NCBI GenBank assembly: GCA_009885085.1
Contig: VFLK01000013.1
Span: 1 to 49,497 of the forward strand
DNA from: Minisyncoccota bacterium
Lineage (GTDB): Bacteria > Patescibacteriota > Microgenomatia > UBA1400 > PJMF01
Direction of reading: 5' to 3'
Length of the DNA: 49,497 bases
How positions within the stretch are numbered: position 1 is the stretch's first letter; every line of letters begins with the position of its first letter. Of this stretch, positions 18,889-26,882 are shown in pieces. The notes below the pieces were generated by a model. That model was not told the DNA's origin. It did not search any database and saw nothing but the letters and a program-made list of their open reading frames with translations. Both the position numbers and the translations under genes were made by a program.

Positions 18889-20350
18889 CTCCTTTATTTC
18901 GTTTTACTAGCACGTATAGTACTAGTATGATCAGGATTAGTACCTTGCCTTGCGCTTTATCCACTTGGTATTTGGTTCCAATTGGAATTTTCTCAGATGA
19001 GGTTTCAGATGAAGTGGTGGAGTTGTCCGTTGTATTCTCTGATGCAACGGAGGTTGTCCCATTCGCTTCTTCTTGTGATTGAGGCTGATTGACTTGATCA
19101 GACAATAAGCTATTCACATCAAAACTCATAGATACGTCGTAGATTGGAATGCTAGAAATTCGTTCTCCTGATGCATTTTTTGCTACCCAGGGAGTGTACG
19201 AACTTCCATTAACGGTCTCAACGGTAATACTGCTGAGACTACCACTGATTTGGAGAGTAATGTCTTGTTCACACTTGTTGTAAAACTTGACATCAGCGCC
19301 TCCAACTTGCGCCGTGGGATCCCGTGTGAGGGGAGTTCCTTTGGGCGCTGTAACAGCGATAGACCAATCTGGACCAGCTTCTGGCACGACATAGTTTCCG
19401 TGATCAGAGGCTGGGGTGACAACGATGCAACCATTAGTGTTCTCACTGGCGAACTTCGCCAGCGTACTAATTGCATCGCAGACGGCCATGCCTTCGTTTA
19501 CCCCTTCGCAGTTTCCTACGCAGTGGTATCCGATGGCTTTGTCATAGCTTCCGCCTCCCATCGCGTTCGCGTAATAGTTCACTCCTTTTTTAAAAACAAA
19601 AGATCCGGAGAAACTATCGAGAGAAGTGGTGGCAGTTTGCTCACTACTTACCATGTACCAGTAATACGCGATGTTATACCGCGCGTCTTGGTCACCATAG
19701 TTTGGGTAGTAATAGGTTGCTGAGGCGACAACTGGTGCCGTCTCACTATTATTTGTGGTGCTACTGCTAGCGCCACAGTAGAGAGCAATGTCGCGGACAT
19801 CGTAACCCCACGCATCCCCTAAGACTGATGTGCCTGGTTCAGACCAAGCGCGATCATCGGGAATGCCACATAAGCCTTTCTCAGTTGTAATAAAGCTTAC
19901 GTGATTGTGAGGAACGGGATTATTTCTGGGCAAGACATTTCCAGTTGTTCCTGGACTCATTAACGCAGCCTGTGGATTAAAACCACTTTTGATCCAGCTG
20001 ACGTCGTTGTTGTCATGCCAAGCAGCGAACACCATGTTGCTGCAGGCACCATTGCCTCGAATAATAATTCCATTCCCACCTCCAGAAAAGCCTTCTCCAT
20101 CTTTTTGTGCAAAAATGACGTTGCCGCCATCTGCAAAGATGGATCTAACTTCACCAGAGTAGGTCATATCTATCCCTGCCCATCCGCCGACCACTAAGTC
20201 GTGCATCCCCAGGACTGTACCTGGGTTTATGAGGGGATCCTGTAAAAGACATCCCGTTGTTTGTGCCTTTGCTTCACTTACTTGTAATCCAGCTCCTAGG
20301 AGGCAAAGTACTCCTAAAAGCAATACGGTCTTTCGCCATTTGTTTGTCAT
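18872..20350 (-). CDS. Secreted M23-peptidase-like + VanW-like protein with C-terminal TM anchor
   Basis: Signal peptide; GID..., DGGNV, GGGNGIII, AWH, GTTG, PHNH (M23); GY...G.AVCDAISTL...H...P...ADVKFYN...I.L (VanW); SD AGGAGGTG. Confidence 0.65.
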   Translation of the reverse strand: MTNKWRKTVLLLGVLCLLGAGLQVSEAKAQTTGCLLQDPLINPGTVLGMHDLVVGGWAGIDMTYSGEVRSIFADGGNVIFAQKDGEGFSGGGNGIIIRGNGACSNMVFAAWHDNNDVSWIKSGFNPQAALMSPGTTGNVLPRNNPVPHNHVSFITTEKGLCGIPDDRAWSEPGTSVLGDAWGYDVRDIALYCGASSSTTNNSETAPVVASATYYYPNYGDQDARYNIAYYWYMVSSEQTATTSLDSFSGSFVFKKGVNYYANAMGGGSYDKAIGYHCVGNCEGVNEGMAVCDAISTLAKFASENTNGCIVVTPASDHGNYVVPEAGPDWSIAVTAPKGTPLTRDPTAQVGGADVKFYNKCEQDITLQISGSLSSITVETVNGSSYTPWVAKNASGERISSIPIYDVSMSFDVNSLLSDQVNQPQSQEEANGTTSVASENTTDNSTTSSETSSEKIPIGTKYQVDKAQGKVLILIILVLYVLVKRNKGDDDDD

Positions 20351-20886
20351 GGCGCACCTCCTAGGTGAATAAAGTAGGTGAGGTTTTTTTTAAACGGGGG
20401 AACCTCTCACGAGAACCCGAGAATTTTTGTGATAATACACCACTTTTAAAAAGTGGAAAAAGAATGCTAAAAGAATGCTAATCGTTCATGCAAAACCTAC
20501 TAAGAATAAGAATCAGAATCAAATGAAAATACTAAAAATCATATAGGCTTTTATTGTCGCCAATGAATATTGAATAGTGTTAATCAATTAAATCTTAGAT
20601 AAGCTTTTTATCCTTTTTTGTTGTATTCAATTGTTAATGTGTATAGTTTTAATAATCGGTTTTTTGGCGCGTTGCCAAATAACAGATATATCAAAAAAAT
20701 ACACACCTATTATACCATTATTGAACATAAAAAGAATTTATATGGGTCATTTTATCCAAAATTTGAAATTTATTTATTTTATTTGTTAAGTTTGTGATCT
20801 GTAAATCGAGTATTAGCCCAAATTATTATCTAAAATATTACGATAATTTATCTATTTTGATACTCAAATATATAGTCCAAATTATT

Positions 20887-20917
20887 AAAAAACCGTCAAA
20901 TTTCTTTGACGGTTTTT
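20887..20917 (-). terminator. Terminator downstream of rplA
   Basis: AAAAAACCGTCAAA-tttc-TTTGACGGTTTTT. Confidence 0.85.
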
Positions 20918-20937
20918 ATTCTTATTTAAAATTGACT

Positions 20938-21684
20938 TTATTTAGCCAATTCGAGTTTAATACTTGGACTCATTGTTGCAGAAATTGTTGCTTGGAGCAT
21001 TTGATCCTTTAATCTACCAAGTAAGTACTCAACATTTTCAACTAACTTTTTGTCATTCATTGAAACTTTTCCAATATTTACATGAATAACTGGAGCTTTT
21101 TTCTCTGTTTTAAGATCAAAGCTTCCTTTTTCAAGTTCAGCTTTTTTCTCTTTTGGCTTAGATGTGACAGTACCACTCTTTGGGTTAGGCATTAAGCCTT
21201 TAGGACCCAAGACACGAGCGTATTTTGCTAATTTTGGCATGAAAGCAGGGGTAGTTACTAAAACATCAAAATCAATTGTTCCGGCTGCAATTTTCTCAAT
21301 AACTTCATCGGTAACGATCTCAACTTTAACAGTTTTTCCGGTTGAGTTTGGCAAACTTAATGTTGCAACTTTCCCAGCTTCTCTAACTACGCCATCAAGA
21401 GTGATTGTTCCATCAAAACTTGAATAAGAGAGACTTTTGATTAAAGCAATTGCTTCAGCAACTGGATAATTTTTGGTTTTGTCGACTTTACTACGAATTG
21501 AAACATATTTTTTGCTTCTAATTCTTCTTTTTGCAGTTCCGCCGTAACCGGTTTCTTTAGAGGCTTTTGCTTCAATTAAGCTGTCATCATTCACGACAGC
21601 GTCCATTTGAGCATCTGTTACTTCTTCAACAACTTTTACAGTTGTTTCTTTTGTAGACATGTCTACATTTTTTTTAGTTCCCAT
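20938..21684 (-). CDS. rplA: 50S ribosomal protein L1
   Basis: LPNSTGK, DFDVLVTTP, LGPKGLMPNPKSGTV, GKVS, SATMSPS. Confidence 0.95.
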   Translation of the reverse strand: MGTKKNVDMSTKETTVKVVEEVTDAQMDAVVNDDSLIEAKASKETGYGGTAKRRIRSKKYVSIRSKVDKTKNYPVAEAIALIKSLSYSSFDGTITLDGVVREAGKVATLSLPNSTGKTVKVEIVTDEVIEKIAAGTIDFDVLVTTPAFMPKLAKYARVLGPKGLMPNPKSGTVTSKPKEKKAELEKGSFDLKTEKKAPVIHVNIGKVSMNDKKLVENVEYLLGRLKDQMLQATISATMSPSIKLELAK

Positions 21685-21924
21685 ATTTTCTTTCTATCTC
21701 CTTGAAAGTTGTACAAGCCGGGAAGCTTGCGGTCTAATTTTAAAAGAAAAATTCTTTTAGTGAGACCAAACTTTAAGTTTGACGATATTTATTAATACTA
21801 CTTTGAGTCGATGATTCTAATATAATTTGATGTTTGCGTAAACAAGCCTCAGCGAGTTCTGCTTTAGCAGTAAGTACAAGAGCGTAAGCTTGTGTCGCGA
21901 ATATTAAATTATATTAGAAATTAT

Positions 21925-22347
21925 CTACTTAACTTCCACGCCCATACTTCGAGCAGCTCCAGCGACTGTTTTCATCGCTGCATCTATATCATTAGTATTT
22001 AGGTCTGGCAGTTTTTTTTCTGCGATTTCTTTTACTTGAGCAGTTGTTAAAGTTCCAACGACTTCTTTACCAGGAGTTTTACTGCCTAATTTAAGTTTTA
22101 ATGTTTGTCTGATCATGGCACTGACTGGAGGAAGTTTTAAAACAAAAGTGAATGATCTATCCGAATAAACTGTGATTTCTGCAGGAATAATTTGTCCTCT
22201 TTGATCTTGAGTTTTTGCGTTGTATTGTTTCAAGAAGTCCATCATATTGATACCTGCTTGACCCAAAATTGGTCCGACTGGAGGAGCTGGAGTAGCACTT
22301 CCTGCTGGAAGATTTAATTTAAGAACACTTGTAATTTTTTTTGCCAT
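21925..22347 (-). CDS. rplK: 50S ribosomal protein L11
   Basis: [31 protein letters not shown]. Confidence 0.97.
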   Translation of the reverse strand: MAKKITSVLKLNLPAGSATPAPPVGPILGQAGINMMDFLKQYNAKTQDQRGQIIPAEITVYSDRSFTFVLKLPPVSAMIRQTLKLKLGSKTPGKEVVGTLTTAQVKEIAEKKLPDLNTNDIDAAMKTVAGAARSMGVEVK

Positions 22348-22395
22348 AATTTTTTTGCGTCGGGTATTTATTATTCCGATTCGCTCTTTCTAATT

Positions 22396-23016
22396 TTAAA
22401 CTTTCTTAACTTGGAGGAAATCCAAAGTAACTGGTGTTTCTCTTCCAAAAATATTGACCAAAACTTCAACTTGACCTTTTTCTTCATCGATCGAGTTAAC
22501 TGTGCCGAGGAAGTCGTTGAAAGGTCCGTCGGTAATACGAACAGCTTCGCCTTCAACGTAGTCTGCTTTATATTGAGCAACTCCTTGGCTCATATATTTC
22601 TTGATTGCGTCAACTTCGTGTCTTGGAAGTGGGGTAGGCTTGTTTCCAATACCAACAAATCCGGTCACGCCTTGAGTTGTTCTAACTGCTAACCATGAAT
22701 TATCGGTTAACTCCATCTGAACAAGCATATATCCTGGGAAAATTTTCTCACTAACAGTCTTTTTTTGACCTCTTTTGATTTGAATTTTTTCTTGAGTTGG
22801 GATCAAAACTGAGATAATTTCACTTGTTAGGTCGAGAGTCTCTGCGCGTTGCTTTAAAGTTTCAGCAACTTTGTTTTCATGACCAGAATATGTGTGAACG
22901 ACATACCATCGAGCCTTTTTATTTTCAGCTGTTGAAATTATCACCAAATTTGGAGTGTCTACTTTGACCTCTTGAATCTCTGGTACTTCTGGTACGATCT
23001 GTGTTTTGTCAGTCAT
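22396..23016 (-). CDS. nusG: Transcription termination/antitermination factor NusG
   Basis: WYVVHTYSGHE, FPGY, VTGFVG, GPF..F.G, IFGRETPV. Confidence 0.97.
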   Translation of the reverse strand: MTDKTQIVPEVPEIQEVKVDTPNLVIISTAENKKARWYVVHTYSGHENKVAETLKQRAETLDLTSEIISVLIPTQEKIQIKRGQKKTVSEKIFPGYMLVQMELTDNSWLAVRTTQGVTGFVGIGNKPTPLPRHEVDAIKKYMSQGVAQYKADYVEGEAVRITDGPFNDFLGTVNSIDEEKGQVEVLVNIFGRETPVTLDFLQVKKV

Positions 23017-23026
23017 AATGTTTTTT

Positions 23027-23206
23027 TTATAAAATACTTGCCATTAGTTTTTGAAAGATAGTATCTAGTAAACCGATATATAGGCCGACCGCTATACTAA
23101 CTCCAATAACAAGCAAAGTCATGTCTTGAGTTTGCTTCTTGCTTGGCCACGTAACTTTTTTAATTTCTCTGATTACTTCTTTTATGTAGGTTGTGACCTT
23201 GAGCAT
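23027..23206 (-). CDS. secE: Preprotein translocase subunit SecE
   Basis: EIKKVTWPS + TM; upstream of nusG; ATG 23206. Confidence 0.93.
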   Translation of the reverse strand: MLKVTTYIKEVIREIKKVTWPSKKQTQDMTLLVIGVSIAVGLYIGLLDTIFQKLMASIL

Positions 23207-23245
23207 AGGCAAGTATTGTAACAAATAACTTGTTAATTTGAAACA

Positions 23246-24835
23246 CTAACCTTGATTTTGGTTTTTAGGTTGACCGTCAAGCTTTTTCATCAGCTCTTTT
23301 ATTCGTGCGTCTCTGGCTTCTTCTAGTGGGATAAGATTCTCTTTTCCAGACGGAATTACTGAGTTTAGCGATGATTTAAAAACTTTAGTGTGATTAGGAT
23401 CTTGGCTGATAACGTTATGAGTTATTAATCTTTCTGGTTCTTTAATTTTTGGATTTTGAGGTTTTCCACTAAATAATCTAGCAATTAAAAGTATTAATAA
23501 TGACAATGCTAATAGACCAGTGCCAATTAAAATTACCTTTGTTGGTAGACTTTGTTGTTTATCTTTAAGCATTTTTACTAGGAAATCTAAAGCCGTTTCA
23601 TCAACCGGCACTTCTTCATTTAGAACAGTATTTACTCTTGAGTTTAGTTTATCTTGATCAATTGAGTCAAACTTGAGTTCACTGTTAGGAATCATATTGT
23701 CACCCTTTTTAATTGGTTCGACAACTTTTTCAGTGTTTGCACTCTCACTTGCTTCTTTCTCTTCTTCAGTTTTATCGTAAATTATAGAAACTTTCTTTTC
23801 AGTGAAGGCAGAGCAGGTAAGACTACTTGGATTAGTAGCTAGCCTACAAGCAGATTGGTAGCATCTGAAATTGATGGCACAATCTCCGTTACTTGAGCAA
23901 GATTCTCCACAACTTTTAACTGAGACTTCTTTTTCTTTTACAGTTTGATTGGCACAACTGGTGCTTTCTACATTGCTTGGGTTTCTACAGGCATTGTTCC
24001 AGCAACTTAGTCCTTGAGCGCATTCTTTAGAAGTTGCACACCCTACATTGCATTTTTTATTTGGACTGACCACTTCTGGCTTTGAACAGGTAGAACTAGA
24101 TGGGTTTGTTGCTAATCTACATTTATTTTCTGATCCGGTATTAAAGCATCTATAGTTGACAGCGCAATCTGAGTTGGAGTCACAAGACTGATTACATTCT
24201 TTGAGAACTATTTCTTCTTCGTCTTGATCATCTTCTTCATCTTGTATCTCTTTGATATCAAAATCCATAGTTTCAGCCTCCATTAAGTATGCGAGAGAAG
24301 GCGTGACGATGTATGTATTGTCCTCATCGAAGTTAATGGAAATATTACCTTTTGATCTTGGAGTGAATTCAATTTTAATAAAGGTTTCACCATTCAGTTC
24401 TACTTGCTCGCTAGGTTTGCTTTTAACAGCAATTACACTTACCAAATAACCGTCTTCCACTTCTTCAACCTCTACTTGGTCTGCTCGAAGTCCAGATGCA
24501 GCATCAACTGTGACAATTAAATCTTCAATGTCATCATTAATGATGTTAAAAACTACATTTACTTTTCTAATCTTTAAACTTTCGGAGTTTAGGTTGAGAG
24601 CAATCTGAGAAACTTCATCTACATAAAAGACTTTGTCAGGCAGGCTTGTAGAAATTTTTGGCCAAAGGTCTTGATCTTGTGACGCATCACTGCGTAATTC
24701 TTGGGATTCATTAAGTGGCTTTTGTACAAAAATTAAGCCGAGTATGCCAGCAATAACCATCAAAAATCCCACGAAAGGAACTAGCTTATTGATGTTTCCA
24801 GCGAACCTCTTGATTGAATCAGACTTTTTATTCAT
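23246..24835 (-). CDS. CPR-type surface protein: TM, cohesin-like beta domain, three Cys-rich repeats, second TM
   Basis: N-terminal TM + QELRSDA; repeats C...C....C.....C....CR...NP....C. Confidence 0.65.
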   Translation of the reverse strand: MNKKSDSIKRFAGNINKLVPFVGFLMVIAGILGLIFVQKPLNESQELRSDASQDQDLWPKISTSLPDKVFYVDEVSQIALNLNSESLKIRKVNVVFNIINDDIEDLIVTVDAASGLRADQVEVEEVEDGYLVSVIAVKSKPSEQVELNGETFIKIEFTPRSKGNISINFDEDNTYIVTPSLAYLMEAETMDFDIKEIQDEEDDQDEEEIVLKECNQSCDSNSDCAVNYRCFNTGSENKCRLATNPSSSTCSKPEVVSPNKKCNVGCATSKECAQGLSCWNNACRNPSNVESTSCANQTVKEKEVSVKSCGESCSSNGDCAINFRCYQSACRLATNPSSLTCSAFTEKKVSIIYDKTEEEKEASESANTEKVVEPIKKGDNMIPNSELKFDSIDQDKLNSRVNTVLNEEVPVDETALDFLVKMLKDKQQSLPTKVILIGTGLLALSLLILLIARLFSGKPQNPKIKEPERLITHNVISQDPNHTKVFKSSLNSVIPSGKENLIPLEEARDARIKELMKKLDGQPKNQNQG

Positions 24836-24906
24836 TAATTCTCAGTATAAACTATTTTTTTGCAGTAGTAAAAGACTTTATTATGATAAAATGAAATTAG
24901 GAGAAT

Positions 24907-25800
24907 ATGAATATGGAAAAAAAAGTAAGAAAGGCAGTGATTACTGATGCGGGCTTCGCAAGCCGCTATTTGCCAATTACTAAAACAGTGCCTAAAGGAA
25001 TGCTGCCATTGGGGAATAAACCAATTATGCAGTATGTAGTTGAAGAGTGTGTTGAGGCCGGAATTGAAGAAATAATTATCGTGGCAACTGCTGAGGGAAA
25101 ACCAATTTACGAAGATTACTTTAATAATAGTGTAAACAAAATTAAAAAGCAGCTAACTGTAATGGGTAAGGCAGATCGATATGAACCTGTTCAAAAAGTT
25201 TTAGATTTTCCAAAGATAATTGTAATAACTCAGGATGAAACACTTCCATATGGAAATGGTTCTCCAGTGGTTTCAGCTCAAAAGTTTTTGGAAGGCGAGG
25301 AAGCTTTCCTAGTTCTATATAGTGATGATGTAATTTTTGGAAATCCTGGAGATTCAAAAATTATGGTCGATCTTTATGACAAAAATCCTGGTGTTGATGG
25401 AGTAATTATGGCTCAGGAGGTTACGGCGGAAGAAGTTGAAAAATATGGAATTATTGCTTTTAAAGAAGGATCTGAGACTGATTTAGATAATATAGTAGAA
25501 AAACCAGAACTCGGAACCGAACCATCTAGATTGGCTTCATATGGAAGATATTTATTAACATCTGATATTTTTGAGCATCTAAATAGTTCCAACACAGGTA
25601 AAGACAACGAGCTTTGGACAGTTGACGCAATTACAAAAATTGCTAGAAAAGGAAAAGTAATAGTTGGAAAAAGTAATGCTACTTGGCTTACGACTGGAGA
25701 CCCAGAGAACTATTTCAGAGCCCATATGAGATTTATAATTGAGCACGAGAATTACGGAAATAAACTTGAAACATGGATACAGGAGTTTAGAAAAGAGTAG
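24907..25800 (+). CDS. galU: UTP--glucose-1-phosphate uridylyltransferase / NTP transferase
   Basis: KAVITDAGFASRYLPITKTVPKGMLP, YSDD, VEKP, GRY, TGD. Confidence 0.85.
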   Translation: MNMEKKVRKAVITDAGFASRYLPITKTVPKGMLPLGNKPIMQYVVEECVEAGIEEIIIVATAEGKPIYEDYFNNSVNKIKKQLTVMGKADRYEPVQKVLDFPKIIVITQDETLPYGNGSPVVSAQKFLEGEEAFLVLYSDDVIFGNPGDSKIMVDLYDKNPGVDGVIMAQEVTAEEVEKYGIIAFKEGSETDLDNIVEKPELGTEPSRLASYGRYLLTSDIFEHLNSSNTGKDNELWTVDAITKIARKGKVIVGKSNATWLTTGDPENYFRAHMRFIIEHENYGNKLETWIQEFRKE

Positions 25801-25803
25801 CTC

Positions 25804-25957
25804 TTTAACAGTCGAGTGTGAAGGAGACGTAACATATTTTTCCTGAACGATTTTTATGAAGGGTTCATGGATTATCTACTAGCATCGCGGTGTTAGCAGT
25901 ATCCTACCCACCTGCTTTCTGCGGGAAAACTCGCCTCCTTCACGCTCGGCTGTTAAA
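25804..25957 (+). other. 154-nt structured element with 26-bp imperfect terminal inverted repeat (ncRNA or MITE candidate)
   Basis: 25804-25829 pairs with 25932-25957 (23/26 Watson-Crick, 2 G-U on + strand); inner TTTTCCTG/CGGGAAAA stem. Confidence 0.55.
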
Positions 25958-26037
25958 TTTTTTTTGCTAATGCTAATGATTTTAAGATTGTTTAATGATA
26001 AAATTCCTATCTGTGTAGATTAGTATTATAGTGAGCT

Positions 26038-26109
26038 GCCCAGGTAGTTCAGTGGCAGAACGCTTTCTTGGTAAGAAAGAGGTCGAGGGTCCGATTCCCT
26101 CCCTGGGCT
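26038..26109 (+). tRNA. tRNA-Thr(GGT)
   Basis: GCCCAGG/CCTGGGC acceptor, CTTTC-TTGGTAA-GAAAG anticodon arm; T-loop TCCGATT. Confidence 0.92.
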
Positions 26110-26176
26110 CACAACTGATATAATATACACAAGGCAAGTGCTAAGGAATATTCCAAGGCAAAATAGTTGCCACCAC

Positions 26177-26259
26177 GCCAGGTTACCCAAGTGGTCAACG
26201 GGGGCAGACTGTAAATCTGCTGACGTACGTCTTCAGAGGTTCGAATCCTTTACCTGGCA
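26177..26259 (+). tRNA. tRNA-Tyr(GTA)
   Basis: GCCAGGT/ACCTGGC, GCAGA-CTGTAAA-TCTGC, long variable arm, GGTTCGAATCC. Confidence 0.95.
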
Positions 26260-26273
26260 CAAGTGTGAATCTA

Positions 26274-26353
26274 CGCAAAAAATGTTGAGTACTAAATTGC
26301 GCTAAAAAATGTAAAGCACTGGCTAGCGCCAAAAAATGTGGAGTACAAACTAG
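26274..26353. repeat. Three degenerate 26-27 bp tandem repeats in tRNA spacer
   Basis: CGCAAAAAATGTTGAGTACTAAATTG / CGCTAAAAAATGTAAAGCACTGGCTAG / CGCCAAAAAATGTGGAGTACAAACTAG. Confidence 0.7.
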
Positions 26354-26374
26354 CGATAAAATAAAAAAATGAGT

Positions 26375-26447
26375 GCCACCTTAGCTCAGTTGGTAGAGCA
26401 ACGGTTTTGTAAACCGTAGGTCCAGAGTTCGAATCTCTGAGGTCGCT
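26375..26447 (+). tRNA. tRNA-Thr(TGT) with C3:C70 mismatch
   Basis: GCCACCT/AGGTCGC acceptor, ACGGT-TTTGTAA-ACCGT anticodon arm, GTTCGAATC. Confidence 0.9.
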
Positions 26448-26565
26448 CAAGGTGAATTTCGCAGGAAGAGAGGTTGGTCTGGGCCATTGCAAAGCAAGAG
26501 AAGGTGCCCTGGGGTACAAGGTGAAGAAGGTGAATGGCCATAGCCAGAGAAGGTGCTCTGGGGTA
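26448..26565 (+). repeat. Three degenerate tandem copies of tRNA-linked repeat CAAGGTGAATTGCGAAGCAAGAGAAGGTGCCCTGGGGTAC
   Basis: 26486-26517 is 31/32 identical to the reverse complement of 28893-28924. Confidence 0.8.
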
Positions 26566-26633
26566 TAATGCGACTCTGTTTAATTTTATATTAAAAACAA
26601 GTACCCAACTGGGTCCGAGTAGAAGAAGTAAAT

Positions 26634-26837
26634 ATGGCAAAAAAAAGTAAAGGCCCAAGACAAATTGTTGGATTAAAGTGTAGTGTTTGTAATGCTTTCG
26701 GTTATGTTACCGAATTCAATAAAAATAACGAGCAACTTAAAAAGCAGACTTCAAACGAGTCTACATTTCCATTAAGTAAATACTGTAAAGTTTGTCGCAA
26801 GCACACAGATCATAAACAGTCTAAAAAACTTAAATAA
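26634..26837 (+). CDS. rpmG: 50S ribosomal protein L33 (zinc-binding type)
   Basis: MAKK..RQIVGLKCSVC...YVTEFNK.N...LSKYCKVCRKHTDHK. Confidence 0.9.
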   Translation: MAKKSKGPRQIVGLKCSVCNAFGYVTEFNKNNEQLKKQTSNESTFPLSKYCKVCRKHTDHKQSKKLK

Positions 26838-26882
26838 TTTCACATAACTTAATATTTATTATAGTGCAATTTTTTGTGCGAA

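Noticed and set aside
12513-20350. Prophage or complete conjugative element
   Set aside because: No integrase, terminase, capsid, relaxase or VirB4/VirD4 ATPase, and no flanking direct repeats seen.
26274-26565. Mini-CRISPR in the tRNA cluster
   Set aside because: Units are contiguous and degenerate, without unique spacers.
26292-26658. Minus-strand ORFs sharing YPRAPSLA with 28738-28935
   Set aside because: Translation artefacts of the DNA repeat; they overlap tRNAs or rpmG.
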